64,000 nt of DNA. Source: an uncultured delta proteobacterium. Its GTDB lineage: Bacteria > Myxococcota_A > Polyangia > Polyangiales > Polyangiaceae. The notes below the pieces were generated by a model that was not told where the DNA came from, ran no database searches, and worked only from the letters and a program-made list of their open reading frames with translations. Within the stretch, counting starts at the first letter, position 1. The number at the start of each line of letters is the position of its first letter. The translations under genes and the position numbers were made by a program. The stretch is taken from the NCBI GenBank assembly GCA_963827955.1, contig CAWHDJ010000018.1, positions 1,181,297 through 1,245,296 of the forward strand, written 5' to 3'. Below are positions 8,818 to 18,624 of this stretch, piece by piece.

Positions 8818-10216
8818 ATGAGCGACCCCGACGCGCCCTTCCAGCGTGAAGAGTCCCTCGACAAGCCGGGCATCGTCGGCGCCCGCTGGTGGCAGCGCAG
8901 CCTGGAGGCGCCGCCGGACATGATGTCGCGCCGGCAGGCGGTGCAGGGCATGCTCGTCGCCGGCGGGGTCGTGGCGGGGCTCGGCGTGATGCTCGCCGTC
9001 GCGGGCGCGGCGTCGCACGCGTCGAGCGCTTCGAGCGCTTCGAGCGACTACCGGACGGAGACGCGCCCCTCGCTGGAGGCGCAGAAGAGCTTCGGGTGGA
9101 GCTTCGGCGCGCCCGGCGAGGCGCTGACCTTCGACGGCCGGTCGAAGCAGCCCTTCGACCGCGACGCCCTCGGGCGGATGGTGGACGACCTCCGCCCCGC
9201 GCGCCGCGAGCACGCGCCCTGGTACGTGCCCACGCTCTTCCAGGCCATCGGCGCCCAGCCGCGTGAGCGCGCGGTCGAGGAGACGACGCCCACGGTCCCG
9301 CTCGCGCAGGTCCTCCAGCCCATCTCCACGGCGGCGATGGACCTGGCCTATCGCCGCGGCAAGGCGCTCGCCTCGTTGTTCCAGGGCAAGGACGCGGCCG
9401 TCATGGTCGTCGTCGACCTGCCGGGGCCCGAGGCCGTCGCCTTCGCGGCCGGCGCCGCGGCCGTCTTCGATCCCGTCTTCGCCTTCGACAACTGGCCCCA
9501 CCCGCGCGGCGTCGTCCCTGCGCACCAGACCCTCGCCGCGGCGGCGTACTACCAGCCCCTCTTCGCCAAGCGTAGCGCCCCCGCCGGCGCGCCCGCGCTC
9601 GTCGCCCTCGATCGCCGGAGGCTCGCCTCCTATGCCGACGACGCGACGCAGTTCGACAACCGCCACGTCGCCCGCGTGCCCGGCGCCGCTGCGCTGAAAG
9701 CGCTCGGGATCAAGCGGGTGCTCTACGTCGCGCCGAGCGGGACGGACCGGGAGCTCGACGATCTCAACGACGATCCGGTCGCCTACATGCTGGCCGGGAT
9801 TGAGGTGCGGCTGGTCGGCGCGGACGCCTTCGGCCCCGAATCCGAGCGACGCGGGCAACACCGACGCGCCCTTCTACTACGGATCGAGCGCCCACACCCA
9901 CCTCGGGTTCTGGCTCGCCTACCGCTGGATCGAGCCCCCCCACTCCGCCCATCCGAGCGCGCCGGTCACGATGGGGGGAGACCCCCCATACCCCCCGGCC
10001 CAGCCGGTCCCACCCATGGCGGGCGCCGCATACGCCTTCGCGCCGCGCGCCTCGCCGTTCTCCAGCGGCTCCCTCACGGGATCGGCGGAGAGGCCGAGGC
10101 CGCCGGGCTTTGCCACCGTGCCGGTGATCGTCTCGGTCGCCACCGGCCTCGTCCTCGGCGCCAAGCTGTTCCGGAGCGGGTCGTGGAACCGCGCGTCGGG
10201 CTACTCCGGAGGGTAG
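8818..10216 (+). CDS. hypothetical protein with a Tat-like signal (SRRQAVQGMLVAGGVVAGLGV), frameshifted near 9838
   Basis: It starts at the internal M of ORF 8437..10434 (MSDPDAPFQ..). The real-looking C-terminus (NPSDAGNTDAPFYYGSSAHTHLGFWLAYRWIEPP...TVPVIVSVATGLVLGAKLF) lies in the frame of ORF 9800..10216. Confidence 0.4.
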
Positions 10217-10222
10217 GGGAGC

Positions 10223-10840
10223 GTGGAGCACTCGATCTTCGCCCTCGAGGTCTGCGCCAAGCTCGTGCCGGAGAGCCCGCTCCGCGCCGGCCTGTGCGAG
10301 CTGATCACGATGGGGGCTGCGCCCCCAAACCCCCGCTCAGGGCTGGTCCGCGACGCCACCGCCGGGATGAGCCTGCACGCGAAGTGGTCGCAGTACCAGC
10401 GGGCCGCGCTGCTCGTCATCGAGCACCTCGGTGACGTCGAGCGCGGGTGCTGGGACTACTTCGACGACGAGGCGCGGGCGCGGCGCGACTACGACATGTG
10501 GACGAACGGGATGCTGACCGAGGAGGGCGTGCGCGCCGAGCCCTCCGGCCTCGCCGACCCCTACCGCGGCGAGCCCCGCTACCTGACGTTCACGATGGCG
10601 ATGCTCATCGCGCAGGGGTCGCCCGCCGATCGCATGATGCGGGGCGTGTGCGACATCCCCGAGGCGCAGCTCTGGCAGCGGGAGACGTTCGCCCGCATCC
10701 TGCGCGGCGTGTGCCAGATCAGCTTCGCGAGCGTGAAGAGCGACGTGCTCTACCTGATCCCGCGCGACGACGCGTGGGCCCTCACGGCGCAGGACCTATC
10801 GCAGAGCAAGTTCGAGTACCTGCGGATGCTCGAGGGGTAG
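10223..10840 (+). CDS. hypothetical protein
   Basis: A 205-aa ORF of non-biased composition with a GTG start 6 bp after the upstream stop. No recognisable domain. Confidence 0.4.
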   Translation: MEHSIFALEVCAKLVPESPLRAGLCELITMGAAPPNPRSGLVRDATAGMSLHAKWSQYQRAALLVIEHLGDVERGCWDYFDDEARARRDYDMWTNGMLTEEGVRAEPSGLADPYRGEPRYLTFTMAMLIAQGSPADRMMRGVCDIPEAQLWQRETFARILRGVCQISFASVKSDVLYLIPRDDAWALTAQDLSQSKFEYLRMLEG

Positions 10841-11224
10841 GTCGCGCGCCGGCGTAGGCGCATTCGCGACATGTAGGAGAAGAGGCGCGCCCGCGGCATC
10901 GGCTGCTACCGATACTTCTTGCGAGGTCCCGGACCTCGTTGCGAGGGTCGGCGTGCGGGTGCCCGATCCGCCGCCCTCGTTTCACCTTCGACGCCGAGAT
11001 TCGAGGCCATTTTGCAGCGCATCGAGCGCGGCGGCGCTCGTATGGTGCGGACCCCTCGCGCTTGGAACGGGACGTGCATGGCGGCCCCCCGCCGGGGTGT
11101 CTCGGCCTTCGGGCAAACGAAGGGCATCCCAGAAGAGCATGCTTCGAATGAAATCGGCTCACGTTTGTGGTGCCATGGACCGATGGGATTCTCGTCCCCT
11201 CCGGCGAGGCGTGGGAGGCGTGCC

Positions 11225-14200
11225 ATGAGCCACGGTTCAGGAGCGAAGCATTCTGCCCCGCCGAGGGCCCGCTGGCTCCCTTCATTCGTCGCGCTGCTCG
11301 TGGCGGCCCTCGGGATTGTGGTCGGCTCCTCGTCCTGCTCGAACCTGGACCAGTTCAAGCCCGGGGGCACCGGCCCGGTCAACTCGACCGGCAGCGGCGG
11401 CTGCACCGGCCCGGAGTGCGCCGCGCTGTGCGACGAGCACCCGCAGCCGGGCTGCAAGTGCGACGTCGAGGGCCAGCACCTGCTCTGCAGCAAGGCCGAG
11501 GCGAGCTTCCCGACCGAGGGCACCAGCGATGGCGCCACCGTCTGCGGGACGGGCTTCTCCGTGTGCACCAAAGGGGTCTGGGGAGAGTGCCAATCGACGG
11601 CGCGGTCACCATCGTGCCCAACGCGCCCCCCGGGTTCTACGCCGAGAACCTCGGCACCGGGACGAACTGCGCGAAGAACCCGTGCGACCCGGCCTGCAAG
11701 GACTTCGTCGACACGCCGACCGGCGTCACGGGCACCGGCATCGCGTCAGCGACTCGGGCGTGACCATCGCCGGGACGGAGCACGTCTGCGTGCCGAAGAG
11801 CTGCGCGGCCTCGGCATCAACTGCGGGATGCAGAGCGACAGCTGCGGCGGCGTCATCGACTGCGGCACCTGCGCGTTCCCGCAGGTCTGCGGCGGCGGCG
11901 GCCCCAGTCAGTGCGGCGTCGGGGTCAGTTGCACCAACCTCTGCCCTACCAGAAGCAGTGCTCGGCCGGCGTCACGACGAGCATCAGCGGCACCGTCTAC
12001 ATGCCGAACGGCACGACCCGCTGCCGAACGTCCTCGTCTACGTGCCCAACGCGCCCCTCTCCGCCTTCACCAGCAGACGGCGTGCGTGACCGGCGGCAAC
12101 TGCCGGCCGAGGTCTCCGGCTCCCCGCTCGTGGCGACGACGAGCGCCATCGACGGCACGTTCCTGCTGACCAACATGCCGGCGGGCATCAGTTTCCCGGT
12201 CGTCCTCCAGCTCGGCCGCTTCCGGCGCGTGTTCACGATGCCGGCGGTCACGCAGTGCACGAACGCAACCGTGTCCTGCTCGACCCCGCAGAGCTGCCTC
12301 TCCCGCTTCCCGCAGTACGAGAACGAACGTCGTCCTACGACAACATCCCGAAGATGGCCTTCATCACGGGCTGCGTCGACGCGCTCGAGTGCGTCTGGCG
12401 GAAGGTCGGCATCGGCAGCACCGGGGCCCCGGGCCTCGGCGGCACCAGCTACGGCACGGGCGAGTTCACGCCCGGGCTCACGAACGGGCGCATCAACTTC
12501 TACGCCGGGAGCGGCTGCCCCGGGACGTACGTCACCGACATCGGCACCACCACGCCGTGGGATTCGACGCTGCTCGGCGACTCGACGATGCTCGCCAACT
12601 ACGACATGGTGCTCTTCCCCTGCCAGGGCAAGGAGTACTACTACGGGACGAACCGAATCCCGTACGAGTCGAACGTCACGACCTTCGTGAACGCGGGCGG
12701 GCGCGTCTTCTCGACCCACTACAGCTACACCTGGATCTTCTCGGACACGAACGGCTACTACAACTCCGCCCTCAACCCGGCGATCAACTGGCACGTCAAC
12801 CAGAGCTACGGCGGCTCCGATCCGACCACGGGTTACATCAACACCACCTTCCCCGGGGGCCAGACCCTGGCTTCGTGGCTCATGGTCCCTGCCGTCGGCG
12901 CGTCGACGACGTACGGCCAGATGCAGATCAACACGATCCGGCACGACTTCGACAGCGTGAACCCGCCGAGCCAGCTCTACGTGAGCCTCGGCACGCTGTC
13001 CTGCGCCAGCACCGGCTCGGACCCGAAGAACTGCGGTGGCTGCGGGAAGACCTGCGGCTTCGGGAAGGTCTGCTCGAACGGCGCTTGCGCGAGCTCGTGC
13101 GCGTCGGGCCTCAAGAGCTGCTCCAGCGCGTGCACGAACGTCAACACCGACCTGAACAACTGCGGGTCCTGCGGCAACGTGTGCGACCCCGGCCAGGTCT
13201 GCACCTCCGGCGTCTGCAAGTGCCCGTCGGGGAGCACCGACTGCAACGGGAGCTGCGTCGTCACCAACAGCGATCCGACCAACTGCGGCTCCTGTGGGAA
13301 TGCGTGCGGCGTCGGCCAGACGTGCAGCAGCGGGACGTGCACGTGCGTCCCCGGGCTGACGAAGTGCAACGGCGCCTGCGTGCTCACGTCCACCGATCCG
13401 AGCAACTGCGGCGGGTGCGGCACCACCTGCTCCTCGGGCAAGAAGTACTGCCGCGGCGGGACGTGCAGCTCGTCGACGTGCACCGCCGGCGGGTACCCCA
13501 ACACCTGCACCGTCGGGAACCGGTTCGCGTGCGACACCGCGACCAACCTCCTGTCGGATCCCAAGAACTGCGGGATGTGTGGCAACGCGTGCGCCGCGGG
13601 CCAGGTTTGCAGCAACGGCACCTGCACGAGCGGGGTCACCGTGTGCGGGTCCGGGCTCACGATCTGCAGCGGCTCCTGCACGCTCCTGTCCAACGATCCG
13701 AGCAACTGCGGGGCGTGCGGCACCGTGTGCCCCGACGGGGACGCCTGCGTGAACGGCGCGTGCACCTGCTCCTCCGGCGTCACGTGCCAGAACGGCATCC
13801 CCCAGCAGGCGAGCTTCAACACGCCGCTCGGGATCGCCGCGAACAACCAGTGCGGCCGCGTCGTGTTCAGCGACTTCCACGTCGAGTCCAGCAACGACTC
13901 GCAGTACGCGTTCCCGAGCGAGTGCGGCGGCGGCGGCCTCAGCCCGCAGGAGTTCATGCTGGCGCAGGCGCTCTTCGATCTCGCCGGGTGCGTCAACATC
14001 AGCCCGCCGCCGACCTGCACCCCCGTCACGTGTGGCTACCTCGGCCTCAACTGCGGGACGGCGGGCGACGGCTGCGGCAACACCATCAACTGCGGGACCT
14101 GCCCATCGGGCCAGAGCTGTGGCGGCGGCGGCTTCCCCGGTGTCTGCGGCGTCCCGCAGACCTTCTCCTCGGCGAGCTTCGTGCGCGACTACGACGCTTC

Positions 14201-14612
14201 CACCGTCTGCAACATGGCCGCGGGGGAGCACCCCATCTGGCGCCTGTACTCGTGGAGCGCGCTCACGCCGAAGGACTCGCACATCGACTTCAACATCGCG
14301 ACGGCGACATCGCTCGCCGGGCTCGCCACCGCGACGCCCTACCCGCTCCGCTGGTCCAACCCGCCGGGCATCCCGGCGACGTACACGTCCGCCCAGCAGG
14401 CGTCGGCCCACGCCGTGAACGAGCCCACGTCCGGCAAGCCCGACACGGAGCTCGGCGGCGCCTCGCCCGACGCGACGCTGCTCGCCAACGTGCTGCCGCA
14501 GAACAACTACTACGTCCGCGTGATCGCGACCCTTCAGCCCTCGAGCGACCTGCTGAGCGCGCCGGTCCTGTCCTCCTGGGACATGCAGATCGACTGCACC
14601 ACCATGGAGTGA
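11225..14612 (+). CDS. large secreted cysteine-rich repeat protein (at least 12 CxxCGxxC modules); the N-terminal 1.1 kb is broken by about 8 frameshifts
   Basis: The signal/lipobox is MSHGSGAKHSAPPRARWLPSFVALLVAALGIVVGSSSC. Protein-like segments alternate between the three + frames from 11225 to about 12320 (ORFs 10919, 11167, 11316, 11911, 12255). From 12320 to 14612 there is a single intact frame containing NCGGCGKTCGFGKVCSNGAC-type repeats and PTCTPVTCGYLGLNCGTAGDGCGN motifs. Confidence 0.55.
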
Positions 14613-14639
14613 TCCGGCGCCGCTCGATCGCAGACGCTC

Positions 14640-15524
14640 ATGATCGAAAGGCCCATGCCCACGCGCAAGCCCGTCAGGCAGCAACTCTTCGTGCTCGTGC
14701 CCGCGGTCGCGGGGATCGCCCTCTCCCTCGGGAGCGGCTGCGGCGGCGGCAGCCCGTCGTACCCGCTCTCGGATGGAGGGCTCGGGGCCTCGAGCACGTC
14801 GAGCTCCTCGCACGCCACGTCGAGCTTTTCCGGCGCCGGCGGCACCAGCTCGTCCAGCACGAGCGCATCGAGCACGAGCGCGTCGAGCACGAGCACGTCG
14901 AGCACGAGCGCATCGAGCACGAGCACGTCGAGCACGAGCACGAGTAACACGAGCGCGAGCACGAGCGCGAGCACGAGCACGAGCACGAGCACGTCGAGCG
15001 CGAGCAGCAGCGGGGAGGCGTGCACCGCCAACGGAGAGGCCTGCGTCGTGTTCTCCGACTGCTGCTCCCAGCAGTGCAACGCCGGCTTCTGCGGGCCGAT
15101 CGGCTGTTTCGCGAACGGTCAGGCCTGCTCCAGCGACAACGAGTGCTGCTCCATCAACTGCACCGACGGCATGTGCGCGAAGGGAGCGAGCTGCCTCGCG
15201 AACGGCTTCTCGTGCACGCTGGCGTCCGAGTGCTGCTCGACCGAGTGCAACGGCGGCAAGTGCGGTCCGGCGGGGTCGTGCAACGGCAACGGGATGGCGT
15301 GCTCGGACGACAGCCAGTGCTGCTCGAGCACGTGCGCCGGCGGCCAGTGCGCTCCGCAATCCTGCGCGCCGCCCGGGGGGAGCTGCAAGTCGGCGAGCGA
15401 TTGCTGCGGTGGTCTCAGCCAGTGCACCAAGGGCACGTGCACGAGCTGCAAGACGCTCGGGCAGCCATGCGCCGGGGCCGCGGACTGCTGCTCGGGTACG
15501 TGCAGCGGCGGGACCTGCGAGTGA
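14640..15524 (+). CDS. lipoprotein with S/T-rich linker and six cysteine-rich (C-x4-5-C-x4-DCCS-x2-C-x3-4-C) knottin-like repeats
   Basis: The signal is VLVPAVAGIALSLGSGC. The (STS)n linker is followed by CTANGEACVVFSDCCSQQCNAGFCG repeated 6 times. Confidence 0.6.
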   Translation: MIERPMPTRKPVRQQLFVLVPAVAGIALSLGSGCGGGSPSYPLSDGGLGASSTSSSSHATSSFSGAGGTSSSSTSASSTSASSTSTSSTSASSTSTSSTSTSNTSASTSASTSTSTSTSSASSSGEACTANGEACVVFSDCCSQQCNAGFCGPIGCFANGQACSSDNECCSINCTDGMCAKGASCLANGFSCTLASECCSTECNGGKCGPAGSCNGNGMACSDDSQCCSSTCAGGQCAPQSCAPPGGSCKSASDCCGGLSQCTKGTCTSCKTLGQPCAGAADCCSGTCSGGTCE

Positions 15525-15590
15525 TCGGTCCGATCGAGCAAGCCCCGGGCCCGGCTCCGCGTTTTCCGGTAAGCTCCCGGCGCCTCCGTC

Positions 15591-18478
15591 ATGGATCCCG
15601 CACCCCTGCCTGCTCCGCGCTCCAGCCAGAAGCCCGCCTCGCCCCGCGTCCGGGTCGACGAGCTCGCCGTGTTCCTCCGCCGTGTGCTGCCGAACGGCGT
15701 GCGCATGGAGATCCGGCCACCCCGCCCGGTCACGGCCGCGGAAGCGCAGGTGCTCCCGCTCTTCGAGGGGTGGATCCTCGGGGCTGAGCTCTGTGTGCGG
15801 GCTTCCGGTCTCGCCGACGGGCCCTTCACCGCGGCGCTCACGGGGGAGGGCGGCGCCGTCCTCGGCGCGTCCGCGGCGGCGTCCACGCAGCCCGCCCAAG
15901 CCGAGGGCGCCGAGGGAGATGCCGAGGCGCCCGGGCGCGTCGCCTTCTCGCTCGAGCTGGCCGTCCCGCTGCAGTCCCTCACGTCGTACGCGGGGTCGAA
16001 GGCGGCGCTCGGCCTCCTCCTCGGTCGTGGCGCCGCCGCGCCCGGCAAGGATGCGCGCCGCGTCGCGCTCGTGGCGCTCACGCTGGTGGGCAAGAATGGG
16101 AGCGGGCCGCAGCTCTCGCAGGTGGACCTCCTCGACGCGACGGGCGCGACGCTCTTCGACGCTCCGGAGCGGCGCCTCTTCGACCTGCAGAACCCGGAGG
16201 AGGGGCTGTGGCTCGGCTCGGGCAAGTGGCGGCTCCGCCTCGTCGCGGACTGGGCACCTGCTCCGAAAGGCGGTGCGTCGTTCGCGCTCGATGCGCGGCC
16301 GGCCCAGCTCTTCCACCGTTACCTGCGCGGTGACGACGCTCCCGCGGTGGTCACCGAGGATCCGACCCGTCGCGCGGGCCAGGACGGCCGGCGCACGCTC
16401 GCCGAGCTGACGCTCGACACCTCGCACCCGGAGATCGGAAAGGTGCCGCAGGAAGGCAAGGATCTGCCGCTCGACATCGCGGTGGAGCACGCGCTCTCCT
16501 TCGGCGAGCACGCGGCGGTCCTGAGCTGGCACGCCGCGCTGCCCGTGCGCCTGCGCGACCCTCTGCCGCTGCTCAAGTCGTTCCAGCGGCTCTCTGCCGT
16601 GGGCATCGACTTCGGGACGACGTCGACCGTCGCCGCGCTGTACCAGAAGGGGTACCGCTCGCTGATGCGCCTCGGCAGCACGGCGGCGGCGGGCGCCAAG
16701 GGGGCGGAGAACCCGACCTACCTCCTGGTCGAGGATCACGAGCGGCTGTGGACCGAGATGGACCGCGACCCGGCGGCCTCCCGCTTCCCGAACCTGCTCC
16801 GCGTCGTGCGCGGCAGCCACGCGGCGCGAGAAGCGCTCGCCGACGTGCCGAGCGCCGTGGTCGGCGAGCTGAAGAGCCTGCCGGAGCGGGTCGTCACGCT
16901 CGACCAGTCGCCGCAGCTCCGCGACCGCGAGCGCCAGCGGGACTTCCTCCTCGACGAGGCCCGCGTGCGCGTGCTGGTCCGCGCGTACGCCTACCTCCTC
17001 GGGCCGCGCCATCAACCGCCCCGGGCAGGACGTCTACCTCCACTACTGGCTCACCCATCCGGCAAAGTTCGACGCGCGCGCCAAAAAGCTGCTCGAGGAG
17101 GAGATCAAGAACGGCATCCTCCTCAGCATCCCGTCGGGCATCCCCGCGAGCGAGGTCACCGTCGCCATGAGCGCCAGCGAGCCGGAGGCCTTCGCCGCCG
17201 AGGTCTGCCCCGAGCTCGCCGCGCACCCGGCGCTCGAGCCGGTGGTGGCGCGCTTCGGCGAGCTCCGCTTCGCGGTCTTCGACTTCGGCGGGGGCACCCT
17301 CGACGTCGCCTGCGGAAGGTTCCGCCCCGCGACCACGGAGGAGCAGGAGGAGTTCGGCAGCTCCACGGTGATCGAGACGCTCCAGGTGAGCGGCGACGAT
17401 CACCTGGGCGGCGAGTACCTGACCCACGAGCTGACCTGGCTGACGCACCAGCACGACCAGGCCCTCCCCGAGATGGAGGACAAGGAGGTGCCGATGATGC
17501 GCCCGCAGACGGTGCCGCCGAACAACCTCGCCGAGAAGGCGCACCTGTACAAGCGGAGCCTGGCGGGCCGGCAGAACCGATTCCGCTTCGAGCGCGAGCT
17601 CGGGCTGGAGGAGGTGAAGTTCGGCCCCGACCACGCGCCCCGGCGCACCGCCGGGATCGAGGCGGCGCGCCTCGACGGGACGGCGGCGAGGATCGAGTCG
17701 CTCGCGGGGGATCTCTCCGGCCTGCACGCGCGGCTCGAGGAGCACCTCGCCGCCCGCATCCGCGACGGCGTGAAGCTGATGAAGAGCATGCTCGCGATCG
17801 CGCCTTGGTCCGAACAGGCGTCCGAGCAGCAGGCCCCCGCGGCCAAGCCCGTCGACTTCCGCGAGCAGGGCGTCGTCATCCTCCTCGCCGGCAACTCGTC
17901 GCGGAGCGGCTTCGTCGAGCGGGCGCTCGCGGCGGAGCTGGGCATCCCCGGATCTCGCGGTCTGGCGGCCCGACGGCGCCGATTCACAGCCGTTCTCCCA
18001 CGTGGTGCTGTGGGAGACGCCCGAGCGCAAGGAGCGGGGCGCGACCATCGTCGGGGTGACGCCCAAGACCGCGGTCGCGCTGGGCGCCCTCAAGATCGCG
18101 AACCACGAGGTGCACCTCGTCCGCCGATCGCAGGGCTTCAGCTTCTTCCTGGGCGACCTGCGCGGCTTCCCGCCGAAGTTCACCGCCATCCTCCCCATGG
18201 GCACGCCGACGGCCGACCCTTCCGTCTTCGGCCCGCACTACGTCGACTTCGGCCGCTGGGACTCGAAGACCCCGCTCCGCGCCACCCGCGAGTACGTGCC
18301 CGGCAAGATGACGTCGAGCGACCCGCGCGTCTCGCTCGTCCCCACCGGCCTGCCGCCCGGCATCGTGGGCCGCCTCTACGTCTGCGTGGTCGCGCCGGAG
18401 GAGGTCGCCCTCATGCTCCAGCGCGAGGGGCAGGAGCCGGTCTGTGTGATGCTCGACCTCCAGAAGCTCACCTGGTGA
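15591..18478 (+). CDS. non-canonical Hsp70-family ATPase with an N-terminal extension of about 300 aa; two frameshifts (near 17005 and 17960)
   Basis: VGIDFGTTSTVAAL (phosphate-1), FAVFDFGGGTLDV (phosphate-2), SGDDHLGGEYLTHEL and VILLAGNSSRSGFV match Hsp70 nucleotide-binding-domain signature motifs. The protein continues across frames (ORFs 15591.., 17167.., 18002..18478). Confidence 0.55.
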
Positions 18479-18624
18479 GAGGGCCGGCGGGCCAAACGGC
18501 GCGCTCTGTCGGGTGAACCACTCGGGCGCCCGGCCCTAAACGGCCTCGCCGCGCTTGTCCACTCCGCGGCGATTCGCGCGCAAAACTCCGGCTGTTCGGG
18601 CGCCTTGCCTACCATCTGCCCCGG

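Noticed and set aside
11997-17015. A 1672-aa ORF on the minus strand (and similar giants at 5355..8951 -, 37598..40966 +, 37641..41387 -, 42433..45564 -, 46829..49690 -).
   Set aside because: Translations are Arg/Ala/Gly/Pro low-complexity sequence typical of antisense or out-of-frame reading of 72% GC coding DNA. Real genes with recognisable motifs occupy other frames or the opposite strand of the same coordinates.
16981-17042. An apparent 2-nt disagreement between my base-by-base reading of two printed lines and the frames implied by the ORF track for the Hsp70-like gene.
   Set aside because: It is most likely my own transcription error at a line boundary. I relied on the ORF track, not on individual nucleotides, for frame assignments.
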